Source: Myxococcales bacterium
GTDB taxonomy: Bacteria > Myxococcota_A > UBA9042
Length of the DNA: 64,000 nucleotides
Assembly: GCA_947491025.1 (NCBI GenBank)
Contig: CANLIC010000002.1
Coordinates: 197,123 to 261,122 of the forward strand
Direction of reading: 5' to 3'
Below the pieces are notes generated by a model. It did no database searches and was not told the DNA's origin. It was given only the letters and a program-made list of their open reading frames with translations. This document shows, piece after piece, positions 12,191-22,982 of the stretch (positions are counted from its first letter, which is position 1; every line of letters starts with the position of its first letter). The translations under genes were made by a program, and so were the position numbers.

Positions 12191-14938
12191 TCAAAATGAG
12201 TACGCGCAGCTGCCATTGATGCAGGTATCGGCAGTCGATGGCTGACCGTCGTCGCACTCTTTCGCCGTGTTGCATGCCTTGGTGGCGCAGGTGCGGGTGA
12301 GGAGCAGATCGTCGAGGTAGACGCCCTCGCCGTTGTTGGCGACGCTGTCGACGGTCTGGAAATCGAAGACGAGGTCGATGGTCTTGCCGGCAAAGGCCGA
12401 CAGGTTGAGCTTGACCTCGACCCAATTCTTGAGCTCGAAGCCAAGGGACGCCTTGTCCCAGAGCTTGATGCCGACGCCGCCGACGATGGCCTGAACGGTG
12501 AAGCGGTCGTAGCTGGTGCCCGCTTCGGTGTCCATCCACAACCAGACGCGGACCTGATGGCCCTCGCCCGCCTCGAGCTTGAGGCCCTTCCAGGTCACCT
12601 GGCCGCCCGTGGCGCCGTCGTCGAAGTTGCCCTTGGTCGGATTGCCATAGTAGAGCGCGCCCTTGCCGGTCTTGGCCTGTTTGCCGCTGACCACCTGCCA
12701 CTGGCTGGTCTGGAACTGGCTCGCCAAGACTAGCGGGCCCGTGCTGCCGTCCTCGAAGCCGAGCGACGCCACCTCAGGCACACAGCAACCGGGCTTCTGC
12801 AGCGGCCCGAAGCCGCAGATCCCGGCGAGGCAAGCGTTGTCGGTGCACTCGTCGCCGTCATCGCACTCCGACGGCCCCTGACAGCACTGGCTCTTGTGGC
12901 CGCAGACGTTCTTTTTGCACGTGTCGAGCGTACAGGGCTGGCTGTCATCGCAGTCAGCGGCCGAGATGCAGCAGCTGGCATCGGTCTTGGTCCACTGGCA
13001 GGGCAGGCCGACCGAAGGGCAGGCATCGAGGGTGCAGGGGTTGCTGTCGTCGCAGTCGGCGACCTTGTTGCAGCACGCCGAGCCCGGCTTCTTGATGTGC
13101 AGGCACTTGAGGCCGGAGCAGACGTCCGTCGTGCACGGGTTGCTGTCCTCGCAGTCGGCTGTCTTGGTGCAGCAGTTGGGGATAGGCACGTGATTGCAGG
13201 CGAAGTTGCTGCCACAGCTGTCGAGGGTGCAGGCGTTGTTGTCGTTGCAGAGGGTCGGGAGCTCGCAGTAGAGCTTGGAGGTGACGCTGCTGCAGACGCC
13301 GCCGGCACAGGTCTCAGCGGTGGCGCCGAGGCCGTCGTCACAGTCGACATCAGCCTGGCATGGCAGTGGCGCCTGGCAGCTGGTGATGACGGACAGCGAG
13401 TCGAGCCAGAACTTGCTGCCGGCCCAAACCGTAGCGCCCGGCTTGACCTCAAAGACCAGGCGCACCTCTTGGGTGGCCGGCCGTGCCGCGAAGCCGCGCA
13501 GGTTGATGGTGACTTGGGTCCATCCGACGAAGGGCGGTGCCTGCCACAGGTAGACGCTGCCGAGGCTGGTGTCTGCGCGTAGGCGGAATACATCGCCTGA
13601 GGAGCCACCGCTGAGCTGTCCGCGGTACCAGAAGGTCAGCGTGGGGGCGAGGCCGAGCGGCAGCTGGAGCTTCGGCAAGCGCGCTTCGGCCAGCGGTTGG
13701 CCGCCGGCAGTGGTTGCGCCGGTCACCTGGTAGCGCAGCGATTGTGCGCCCGCCTTGGCCTCATCAGGGCCAAAGGCGCCGATGCTGAAGACGCCGTGCT
13801 TGCTCGGCGCCAAGGTCGGCACAAGCGCATCTCCCGGCTCAAAATCGGTCTCAGCCAGCTGGGGCGTGCAGCAACCACTGCCCGCTTTGGGGCTGTAGGC
13901 GCAGGACGCCCCGTTGCAGCTGGCGCTGGCGCATGTTGCGCCGTCGGCGAGACCACAGTCGCTCGCGTTCTTGCAGCACTGCACCTCATGTCCGCATTGG
14001 CCATTGGCGCAGCGATCGTAGGTACAGATGACACCATCGTCGCACTCAAGGTGCTGCTGGCAGCAGCCAGGGCCCGGCACAAAGGGGTGGCTGCAAAGGC
14101 CGATGGCGGTGGCGCACTTGTCGTTGGTGCAAGGGTTCTCGTCGTCGCAGTCGGCGTCTTTTTGGCAGCAACCGTAGACCGGCAGGTCCTTGCAGGCACC
14201 GCCGACGCAGGCGTGCTGCGTGCAGACGTTCTGGTCCTCGCAATCGGCGACGCTCTCGCAGCAGAGCGCACCTTCGGGCGCCGTGTGCTTGCAGCCGCTC
14301 TGCGGATCGCAGGCATCCACCGTGCAGGTGATGCCGTCGTCGCACGTCAACGGCGGGTGCAGGCAGCCGGCGACAGGGCTGCAGCCGTCAGCGGTGCAGA
14401 GGTCGCCATCGCTGCAGTCGAGCAAGCCGTAGACGCAGCCGATGCCGGCCTGGCAAACGCCCTTGGTGCAGAGGTTGCCGTCTTCGCAATCATTGGTGCC
14501 GTGCGTGCAGCCGCCGACCTGGACGTCGCAGCCATCGACGGTGCACGGATCTTCGTCAGCGCAGTCGACAGGCTCCGAGTAGCAGCCGGTGAGCGGGTCG
14601 CAGCGGTCCTCGGTGCAGGGGTTGCCATCGTCGCAGAAGGCGGGCCCGGCGGCACATTGACCGGTCCAGCGGCTGTCCTTGCCGGCATCCTGTTCACCGG
14701 CGTCGTCGACCTCGCCGGGGTCGACGTCGGCCCCTGGGTCGGCGTCGCCTGGGTCGGCATCGGCACCGGTGCTGACGTCGTTTGCGGCGTCCTTGCTGGC
14801 GTCTTTGGCGGCGTCGGCGCCCGGCTCGGCCTCGCCGCACCCGACGGCAAGCAAGAGCAAGAACGCGAGCGCGCCCGCCCCGGCGGCCCCGGATGGCGTG
14901 CCATTCGCCCCTCCCCGATCCCGGAATCGCAGTGTCAT
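12191..14938 (-). CDS. Large secreted lipoprotein made of about 20 tandem Myxococcus-type cysteine-rich repeats (CxxDxDCxDxNxCTxDxC), with a C-terminal non-repeat beta-rich region.
   Basis: Signal and lipobox 'LAFLLLLAVGCGE'. The unit 'C.D.DC.D.NPCT.D.C' recurs, for example 'CDDGNPCTEDRCD', 'CEDGNLCTKGVCQ' and 'CDDSNPCTLDAC'. Confidence 0.8.
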   Translation of the reverse strand: MTLRFRDRGGANGTPSGAAGAGALAFLLLLAVGCGEAEPGADAAKDASKDAANDVSTGADADPGDADPGADVDPGEVDDAGEQDAGKDSRWTGQCAAGPAFCDDGNPCTEDRCDPLTGCYSEPVDCADEDPCTVDGCDVQVGGCTHGTNDCEDGNLCTKGVCQAGIGCVYGLLDCSDGDLCTADGCSPVAGCLHPPLTCDDGITCTVDACDPQSGCKHTAPEGALCCESVADCEDQNVCTQHACVGGACKDLPVYGCCQKDADCDDENPCTNDKCATAIGLCSHPFVPGPGCCQQHLECDDGVICTYDRCANGQCGHEVQCCKNASDCGLADGATCASASCNGASCAYSPKAGSGCCTPQLAETDFEPGDALVPTLAPSKHGVFSIGAFGPDEAKAGAQSLRYQVTGATTAGGQPLAEARLPKLQLPLGLAPTLTFWYRGQLSGGSSGDVFRLRADTSLGSVYLWQAPPFVGWTQVTINLRGFAARPATQEVRLVFEVKPGATVWAGSKFWLDSLSVITSCQAPLPCQADVDCDDGLGATAETCAGGVCSSVTSKLYCELPTLCNDNNACTLDSCGSNFACNHVPIPNCCTKTADCEDSNPCTTDVCSGLKCLHIKKPGSACCNKVADCDDSNPCTLDACPSVGLPCQWTKTDASCCISAADCDDSQPCTLDTCKKNVCGHKSQCCQGPSECDDGDECTDNACLAGICGFGPLQKPGCCVPEVASLGFEDGSTGPLVLASQFQTSQWQVVSGKQAKTGKGALYYGNPTKGNFDDGATGGQVTWKGLKLEAGEGHQVRVWLWMDTEAGTSYDRFTVQAIVGGVGIKLWDKASLGFELKNWVEVKLNLSAFAGKTIDLVFDFQTVDSVANNGEGVYLDDLLLTRTCATKACNTAKECDDGQPSTADTCINGSCAYSF

Positions 14939-15031
14939 CGACGCCTCCCGCTCCGTCGCGCAAGGTAGCAGCCTCGCTGTCGCTTCACCAGATGCGGCGC
15001 TTCGCTCTGCACGGCGTGGCTGCCCAGGGGC

Positions 15032-16684
15032 CTAGCGAAACGCACCTGCGGCCCAGAGCGCCGCCACGCGCGCCGGCGAGGGATCGGCGACCCAGCCTGC
15101 GCCGGCGCGCCGTGCGCCTTCGGCCAAGGCCTCGAGGGTCTCGGCACGGGCGGCGACGTCGGCGCGGATGAGCCCGAGCACCGTATCGGCGTCTTCGCCG
15201 TCGGACGCGAACGTCGACAGGTCGGGCGGCACCTCGTCGACGCTGACCAGGACCACGCGATGGCCAGCGCCGCGCAACGCAGCAACGCCGCGCCAGAGCC
15301 GCGACAGGTGGCCGCGCATCCCGCGAAAGTCGCTGACGAGCAGCAAGGCGAAGGGCCCCTTCTTCGCCCTGGCCGCGACCTCAAGACCAGCGATCAGCCC
15401 CTCGACACGCTCGGCGGGCGACAGCGGCGCGCGGTACGGCAAGGCGATGTCGGCGGCGCGACAGTAGCGGCGCAGAATCGAGAGGTCGGCGCGTGGCGAG
15501 GGTTCTGGGCCGCGCTGGGCGGGGTGACGCTCGCGCTCGGGCAGCCGGGCCAGGGCCGCCATGACGGTCCGCTGCCGCCACGCCACCCACGACGCCGCGT
15601 CCGTCGCCGCCGGCAGCCGAACGCGCTCGACCGCGCCGAGGTGATCGGCCACCAGCTGCAGCAGGGCGTCTTCGGGCAGCGGCGTCAACCGCTCGGCGAC
15701 GACACGGCGCACGTCGAGCAAGGCGCGGTCGCACTGCCGCAGGGCCACCACGCCCTCATAGACGGGGCTGCGATCGACCACCTCACCGTCAACGAGGGCG
15801 AGGCCAAGCGGCAGGTTCTCGCGCGCGGCGGCCTCGGCCAGCGAGTGGCAGAGGTCGAGGCCGAGATCCAGCGCAGCCCGGCCCAAGACGCCATCGCGCA
15901 TGGTGGCGCCGCAGTCGAGGACCGCGAAGATCGCCCGCGCGCGCTCATGTTCAAAGACGCGGCTCATCAAGCGCCCGCGGCGCGCGCTGGCCTTCCAGGC
16001 GATGTGCTTGAAGGGATCGCCCGGCAGGTGTTCGCGCAGCTCGCGCAGCTCGTCGCCCTGCCCCGCCACCCGATCCGGCCGAGTGCCGCCGGCGCTCCGC
16101 AGCACCTTTCGACGCGTCTCGGCCAGCTGGCGGGCGTCCAGGCGCCAGCTGCGCGGCAGCACCGCGACCTCATATGGACAGGGCAGAAAGATGTCGGCCC
16201 GCACGAGGCCAGCGGCGTCCGTCGCCTCGCAGCGGACGCCGAAGACGCGGTGAATCGCTGCGGCCGCCGGGCGCGCCTCGACCTTGACGACTGCGGCGTA
16301 GGCGTGGATCGGCCGCAGCGCCGAGCCGTCGAAGCGGAGCTCCATGCCATCCGTGGCGACGAACGCGATGGGGCGAACGACGACGCCGTCGAGGTCGGGC
16401 GCGACGTCCACGACGAGCTCGAGCGCTACCGGCTGGCCGACGCGGTGGCTGCGCAGCTCGAGGGCGCGGGTGCTGGCGCGGGCGACCGGCGCGCGGAGCT
16501 GGGCGCGCAGCCCGAGCGGCGGCACGAAAGGGCGCAGGTGGCTGCGCAGGCGCCGAAGCTCCAAAAAGACCCCGCCCGCTGCGCCCGCCGCGATCAGCAC
16601 CGCCGCCGGCTGGCCGAGCAGCCAGCCTGCGCCGGCCAAGGCGGCCACTGCGACGAGGAGCCGTTCGCCGCGCGCCGCGAGCAC
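15032..16684 (-). CDS. DUF58-family protein (vWA-like, MoxR-associated).
   Basis: Motif 'GDPFKHIAWKASARRGRLMSRVFEHE' matches the DUF58 'GDDxRxIDWKAxAR' signature. It lies immediately downstream of MoxR with a 1-nt gap. Confidence 0.8.
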   Translation of the reverse strand: MLAARGERLLVAVAALAGAGWLLGQPAAVLIAAGAAGGVFLELRRLRSHLRPFVPPLGLRAQLRAPVARASTRALELRSHRVGQPVALELVVDVAPDLDGVVVRPIAFVATDGMELRFDGSALRPIHAYAAVVKVEARPAAAAIHRVFGVRCEATDAAGLVRADIFLPCPYEVAVLPRSWRLDARQLAETRRKVLRSAGGTRPDRVAGQGDELRELREHLPGDPFKHIAWKASARRGRLMSRVFEHERARAIFAVLDCGATMRDGVLGRAALDLGLDLCHSLAEAAARENLPLGLALVDGEVVDRSPVYEGVVALRQCDRALLDVRRVVAERLTPLPEDALLQLVADHLGAVERVRLPAATDAASWVAWRQRTVMAALARLPERERHPAQRGPEPSPRADLSILRRYCRAADIALPYRAPLSPAERVEGLIAGLEVAARAKKGPFALLLVSDFRGMRGHLSRLWRGVAALRGAGHRVVLVSVDEVPPDLSTFASDGEDADTVLGLIRADVAARAETLEALAEGARRAGAGWVADPSPARVAALWAAGAFR

Positions 16685-16685
16685 C

Positions 16686-17707
<1,022 letters not shown>

Positions 17708-17711
<4 letters not shown>

Positions 17712-19486
17712 CGAGGCTCCTCTGCCGGCCCGGCTCCGTGACCCGCCGCAGCGACCGCTGATGGCGCAAGCCTACCGCCTTCGACCGCTATGGCGCCAGC
17801 CACCTCGCGGATCGCTGGCGAGGAGCGCTCGCCGCGGCCATGGAGCCCGGCGGGTCTGGTGTGACTCAGCACGTGCTCGGCCCACTCGATTTCAGCGGCG
17901 AGGCTGGCAAACCGGCCGCGGTCGATGGGTTCGGCGGCCAACGCCACCTCGCCGAAGGCGGCGACGACCTCGTCGAGGCGGCGCGCCGTCGCGCGGGTAA
18001 TGCCACCTTGGGCACGCAGGCGCTCGATCAGCGGCGGTAGACGGGCCAGCGAGGCGTCGGGGGCCGGCTCCTCTGTGGCGTCTGCAGCGCCTCCCCCCGG
18101 GCGCAAAGGCGCAGGGCGCCGAACGCCACTGGGGTCGTCACCCTCGAGCTCGCGCGCGGCAGCGTGGAGGCGTCGGGCAAGGCGCTGCGCCAGCAGCCGC
18201 GCCGGCTGCCGAAAGTCGGCCTCGGGCCGCATCATCCACGCTTCGATGGTCTCCTGCAGGCGCCCCCGGGCGGGTGCGCCCCCAGCGCTCGGCGGCAGGC
18301 GTGGCGGCGGCAGCCGCCCGAAGCGCCACAGGGGCAGGAGCAGCGCGGCCAATGTCAGCGCGCCCCCGAGCCAACGCGCGGCGGGTGTCCGCAGGGCCGC
18401 CGCGAGGCCGTCCAGGGCCGCGGCCAGCGCCTGCAGCGCGCCCGGCGGGCGGCCGCTCGGCCTGAGATCGGGGGCCGGCCGAAAGACGCCGGACACCTGG
18501 GCCAGGTTCGGCAGCAGGGCGACCTGGCAGGGCTCGCCGCGGAAGCAGCCCCACCGCATCAGGTTGGCCGCGAACTGCTTGTTGCCGTGAAAGGTCCGCA
18601 GCATGCCGTCGATGAGCACGCTGGAATCGGCGAGCGCGAGGACCCGGCCGCGACCGAGCTGCACTTCGCTGAGGAACGACCGCACGCCATCCTCGTAGCG
18701 GCCATGCACATGGCGGGCGATCGTGCCACGCTCATGGCGCGTGGCGGCGCCCGCAGGCTCGGTATTGGCAGCGGCCTGACTGGTGATCGCCGCGGGGTGG
18801 TTGAGCACCAGCTCGTGGACCTGATAGCCGAGCACCCCGCCGAGCGCCGCGCCGGGAAACCGCAGCAGCCCTGGCCGGCCCTCCACGAGCCCGGGCGCCG
18901 CGCCGGGCCTGTCGTGGAGCGCGAGGCCGAACGGCTCCATCCAGCTTGCGCCGGCACGAAAATCGTCGGCGATGATCAGCCTGCCGCCCGCGCGGACAAA
19001 GGCCAAAAGCTGTTGTCGTCCGTCCGTTCCGAGGACGACGGTGGGCGCCACGACGACCAAAATCTCGTCGCCGCGCAAGGACGCAAAATCCAGCGTGCGA
19101 CGCACCTGGAGCTTGACCTCCGCCTCCTCGGCCGTGGTCCGCAAGTAGCGCAGCGCGTTCCATCCCGGACGATCCGGGTCGAAGTCGACGCCCGTCGCGT
19201 CCGGCAGCGATCCCTCCGCCCAATCCATTGCGGCCGTGGCTTGGCCCGCCGCCGCTCCGGCCTCCGCCGCTGCGCGCGAGACCGCCACTCCCGTCGTCGC
19301 GGCCTTCGCAGGCGGCAGCGGCCCCGCCCAGGCGGCCGTGAGCGCCGAGGATCCCAGCGCCGCGGACGCCGCCACCGCGAGGCCGAGCGCGACCCGCACA
19401 GCCGCGCCCCCCCGAGCGCCAGGCCCAACCTTCGGGCACTTGACCTCAAGGCGCGCGCGCCCGCGCCAGGCGGCCTGGATGCTCAC
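17708..19486 (-). CDS. MoxR-operon accessory protein with a signal peptide, a periplasmic DUF4350-like domain, one TM helix and a cytoplasmic tail.
   Basis: There is a 4-nt overlap with moxR. N-terminal signal 'VALGLAVAASAALGSSA'. The 'LLAFVRAGGRLIIADDF' region resembles DUF4350/GldG-like domains that accompany MoxR-DUF58. TM helix 'LGGALTLAALLLPLW'. The family assignment is tentative. Confidence 0.55.
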
Positions 19487-21312
19487 GACCCGGCCTCGTC
19501 GGCGCGCTGCAGCGCCTGTTCAGCGACGCCGATGGCGGCATCGTCGGCGCGCGGGCCGTAGAGGGCGACCTCGGTGGCTTGCACCGCGGCCCGGCTGGCG
19601 ACATGACCGCGGCGGCGGGCGCCCAGCCAGCGCGCCTCGGCGCTGCGCGGCGTCTCGCGGGCCCAGTCGAGGGCGCGACCGGTAGCTTGGGCGATGCGTC
19701 GCGAGAGCGCGTGCCGCAGCAGAGCCCGAAGGCTCGTCGGCAGCAGCGTGCAGCCGTCGAGGGCGCCATCGTGCGGAAGGGCAACCTCGAGCGCCAACGC
19801 CTGGTGACCCGCCGCCTCGACGCGTAGCACGAAGGTACCCGCCGGAACTGCGCGCCATTCGAATGCGCCGTCGGCCGTTTGGACGTCGCGCAATACCTGG
19901 CCGCCAGCCTCGAGGAGAACGCGGGCGGCCAAGGGGCGGCCATGTTCGCCGTCGAGGACCTTGCCGCGCACCGCGTCGAGCTCGTGGCCGGTGCCCGGCC
20001 GCAGCGCATCGAGCCGCACGCCGGCTGCGATCTGGACCTCGGCGTCGATGCCGCGCCGCCGCAGCCAGGCCCGCCGCCCTGCCCGTACGGCGAGCACCAG
20101 GAGGAGGGCAGCCAGCAGGCTCGGGTACGCCAGTGCGACTGGCGACGTCGGTGGCGGTACGTCGACGGCGATGACAGGACTGAAGGCGGGCGCGCACCAG
20201 GGCTCGTCCAGCGCTGCCTCGGCGACGAGCCCAAGCGGTCCCGGCCCGAAGAGCTCCTGGAGGGCATCGTGGCGCAGGTGGGCCGCAAAACGGCCTTCTT
20301 GGTCGGTGGTGACCTCCCCGAGGCGTGCACCGCCGCCGTGGAGCACCACCTGCGCCGCCGGCGCTGGCACGGGATCGGCCCCTTCGCGCCAGGCGAGGAC
20401 CCTGCCACGCAGGCAGACGCGGTCGTCTGCGCAAGCCACCGCTTCGCCTGCGCCACCGAGCGCGTCGAGCTCGACCCGCAGCGCCAGCGTCACCGGGACG
20501 GTCAGGGTGAACGTCGTCTCCGCGGTCTGCTCGGTTGGCGGCAGTACCAAACGCAGCTCACGCGCCCCGGGTCGTCGCCAGAGCGCAGGCCCGAGCGCCA
20601 CGGCCGCGCTGCCAGCATCGTCGAGGTGCAGCAACGCGGCGTGGCGGCCATCGACCTCGAGCGTGGCCGTGGCGCCGGCGACCGGGACCCCGCCAACCGC
20701 GGCGTCGACCTCGACCGTGAGCGTGCCGTCGTCCGTCGCGGGCGCTTCGGGCTGCACACGCAGCCGCAACCGCACCGGCGCCTGCCCTGGCGTCAACTGG
20801 GCGCTGGCTTCGGACCCCGCCAGGCGCGGATCTCCCGCGAAGACGGCGCCCACGCGAAGCTGCTCTCCAGCAGGCAGCAGCAGCCGCGACACCGCATGGC
20901 GAAACGCACCTTCGCCGCCGGTGCGTACCGCCGCCTCGGCCCCAGCCTGAGGCTCGGCCTGCCCACTCTGGACGGCGTTCCCTTCTTCGTTGGCACGGAT
21001 AGACACCACGACGGTGGCGTCCTTGATGCCGCGGCCGAGGCTGTCGCGCAGGTGGCCATGCACCTCGACCCGGCCTTCCACCTGCTCGAGCGCCAACTCC
21101 AGCCGCGTCCGCGCCTGGACCCGCAGCCGTGCCGCCTCCGCCTCGGTCGCGACCAGCGCCAGGCCCAAGCCGGCGCACGCCGTGAGCACCAAGGCGACGC
21201 TGCGCCGGTCGCCCCGCCGCGACGCAAGCCGCGTCGCCGCCCAGGCCGCCAAGCGGAGGCCCCGCCGCGGGCTGCGGTCGCCTCCTCTGCGCTTGGCCGA
21301 CCCGGCCGCCAT
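19483..21312 (-). CDS. Membrane protein with repeated carboxypeptidase-regulatory-like (CarboxypepD_reg) beta-sandwich domains; first gene of the MoxR operon.
   Basis: The track ORF 19483..22896 has an N-terminal third that overlaps a better + strand gene, so the start is trimmed to the in-frame ATG at 21312, followed by the signal-like 'SVALVLTACAGLGLALVA'. Repeats such as 'GKVLDGEHGRPLAARVLLEAGGQVLRDVQTADGAFEWRAVPAGTFVLRVEAAGHQALALEV' match the CarboxypepD_reg pattern. It shares a 4-nt overlap with the next gene. Confidence 0.5.
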   Translation of the reverse strand: MAAGSAKRRGGDRSPRRGLRLAAWAATRLASRRGDRRSVALVLTACAGLGLALVATEAEAARLRVQARTRLELALEQVEGRVEVHGHLRDSLGRGIKDATVVVSIRANEEGNAVQSGQAEPQAGAEAAVRTGGEGAFRHAVSRLLLPAGEQLRVGAVFAGDPRLAGSEASAQLTPGQAPVRLRLRVQPEAPATDDGTLTVEVDAAVGGVPVAGATATLEVDGRHAALLHLDDAGSAAVALGPALWRRPGARELRLVLPPTEQTAETTFTLTVPVTLALRVELDALGGAGEAVACADDRVCLRGRVLAWREGADPVPAPAAQVVLHGGGARLGEVTTDQEGRFAAHLRHDALQELFGPGPLGLVAEAALDEPWCAPAFSPVIAVDVPPPTSPVALAYPSLLAALLLVLAVRAGRRAWLRRRGIDAEVQIAAGVRLDALRPGTGHELDAVRGKVLDGEHGRPLAARVLLEAGGQVLRDVQTADGAFEWRAVPAGTFVLRVEAAGHQALALEVALPHDGALDGCTLLPTSLRALLRHALSRRIAQATGRALDWARETPRSAEARWLGARRRGHVASRAAVQATEVALYGPRADDAAIGVAEQALQRADEAGS

Positions 21313-21789
21313 GCCCTGCCCTCCGCTCCGCGCCGCCCGCAGCGTCGACGCCCGGCGGAGCAACCCCGGCCATGCTGCCGCAGTTCCCGCCGCGTCACCA
21401 TCGGCCAGCCCCCGCACCCTTTGGACGCGCGAGGCGGCTTGCAGACTTAACCACGGCCGGTTCGCGCGCCGCGGCTGGTGCAGCGCCGAGGGCCCCCACC
21501 AAGGGTCTAGCGCGCTCCGAGCAGCCAGCCGGCCGCTGAGCGCCGCGCGCCGAGCGCCGCACAAGGGCTGCTGACGTCGAGCCGGGTCGCGCACCCGTGG
21601 GATGGCCCGGCGATCGATCGCGCCAGTTGGGGCCGGTTGCACGCTCTCATACCCCATGGTAGCGTCCACACACGGAAGCTGGCGGGTAAGTCCCTGAGGT
21701 CCCCGAATCCAGCGGTGGTCAAGAGAGCAGGCCGAGGCCAGCGACGGCGATGAGCCGATTGCAGCAAGGCGAGGCCCACTCGCGACCCA

Positions 21790-22884
21790 ATGACGAGGAA
21801 AGCGACCATGCAGTTGAACGTGACGCACAAGTCGGATCTTAGGACCCTTCTCGGGCTGCGGATCGCGCCGCTTGGCACGGCGCACACGGCGAGCCGCTTG
21901 GCTGTCGGACGCCGGGCCACGGGCATCGCGCTCATGGCTCTCGCATTGATGGGCGGCGCCTGCGCCGAGATCGAGATTGCGGATCAGGAGTCGGCAGCGC
22001 GCCTGGCCGACCGGCGCACCGAGCTCGAAGAGGTCAACGTCCTGGTCGCCTACCAGAAGAAGCGCAAAGAAGAGGCGGTCTCGGCCGGCGAGCACCCCGA
22101 CAAGTACGATGACGCCACGCTGCTGCGCGAAGAGGACCGCTTCAAGCGCATTTGGAAGAAGCAGCGCGAGATCGCGTTCACCAAGTTCTTCGAGCGCTGC
22201 CAGAAGCTCTCCAAGGACGTGGTCAATCGGTGCAACATTGTGGCCAGCAACGAGAATGTTGGCGCCTGGCAGATCGACAAGTGCTTGGAGGAGCGGCCCG
22301 AGGCCCACTACGACCCGATTCGCGTCGCCGTCGTCTCGCTGCTGGTCCTCTTGTTCGCGGTCGCGGCCTGGATGCTGTACCGGCAGACCCGCCGCAACAT
22401 CGACCCCGTCGCCAAGGCCGGCCCCCGGCTGCAGATGAAGGCGACGCAGGGCGCTCGCTCGACTGTCCTGGAGGGCAGCTACAAGGGCCACCGCCTGCGC
22501 ATCGAGTCGGCGGCACCCGAGGCCGATGGCGGCGACAAGTACGTGCGTGTGCAGGTCCTCGACGGCATCCCGGCGTCGCTCGTCGTGCGCTTTGGGCCCG
22601 TCGCGCCGCCGACCGGTCTCGACCTGCCGGACCTGGACGCGCCCGAGATCTCCGACGCCCGCGTCCCCGAGGGCTACAAGCTGCGCCTCTCGGACGGCGC
22701 CTCGGCGGAGGAGCTGCTCGGCGGCGACGTCGGCTTCCAGCTGCGCGAATTCGATCCGATCGACGTGCGCATCCACGACGGCCACATGACGGTTACGACG
22801 TGGTTCATCATGGCCGAGCCGGATCAGGTCGTCGAGCTCGTGGACCTCGTGGTCGCCTCGGCTGAGACGTACAAGAAGGCCTGA
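21790..22884 (+). CDS. Hypothetical membrane-anchored protein rich in Lys/Glu and apparently lower in GC than its surroundings.
   Basis: Unlike most ORFs here it has a diverse, K/E/D-rich composition. It has the lipobox-like 'LMALALMGGACAE' and the TM helix 'VAVVSLLVLLFAVAAWML'. No known motifs were recognised. The start may instead be 21808. Confidence 0.5.
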   Translation: MTRKATMQLNVTHKSDLRTLLGLRIAPLGTAHTASRLAVGRRATGIALMALALMGGACAEIEIADQESAARLADRRTELEEVNVLVAYQKKRKEEAVSAGEHPDKYDDATLLREEDRFKRIWKKQREIAFTKFFERCQKLSKDVVNRCNIVASNENVGAWQIDKCLEERPEAHYDPIRVAVVSLLVLLFAVAAWMLYRQTRRNIDPVAKAGPRLQMKATQGARSTVLEGSYKGHRLRIESAAPEADGGDKYVRVQVLDGIPASLVVRFGPVAPPTGLDLPDLDAPEISDARVPEGYKLRLSDGASAEELLGGDVGFQLREFDPIDVRIHDGHMTVTTWFIMAEPDQVVELVDLVVASAETYKKA

Positions 22885-22982
22885 TCGCCGCCGCATCCCT
22901 GCTGCTGATCCTCGCGCTCGGCGCGGGCGCAGGTCTCGGCGCCCTGCTGGCCGTCGCTGGCAACGCCTTCGATCTTGTCGGC

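Noticed and set aside
19520-21574. Numerous 200-520-aa ORFs on both strands over the CarboxypepD_reg gene (for example 19879..21450 +, 20558..21373 -).
   Set aside because: These are Arg/Gly/Pro-dominated frames typical of 70% GC antisense and offset reading. Only the 19483..21312 frame shows domain-like repeats.
21313-22896. N-terminal 528 codons of the 1137-aa minus-strand ORF 19483..22896.
   Set aside because: This part overlaps the compositionally far more protein-like + strand ORF 21790..22884 and is Arg/Ala-rich high-GC frame noise. The gene was trimmed to the internal ATG at 21312, which is followed by a signal-like segment.
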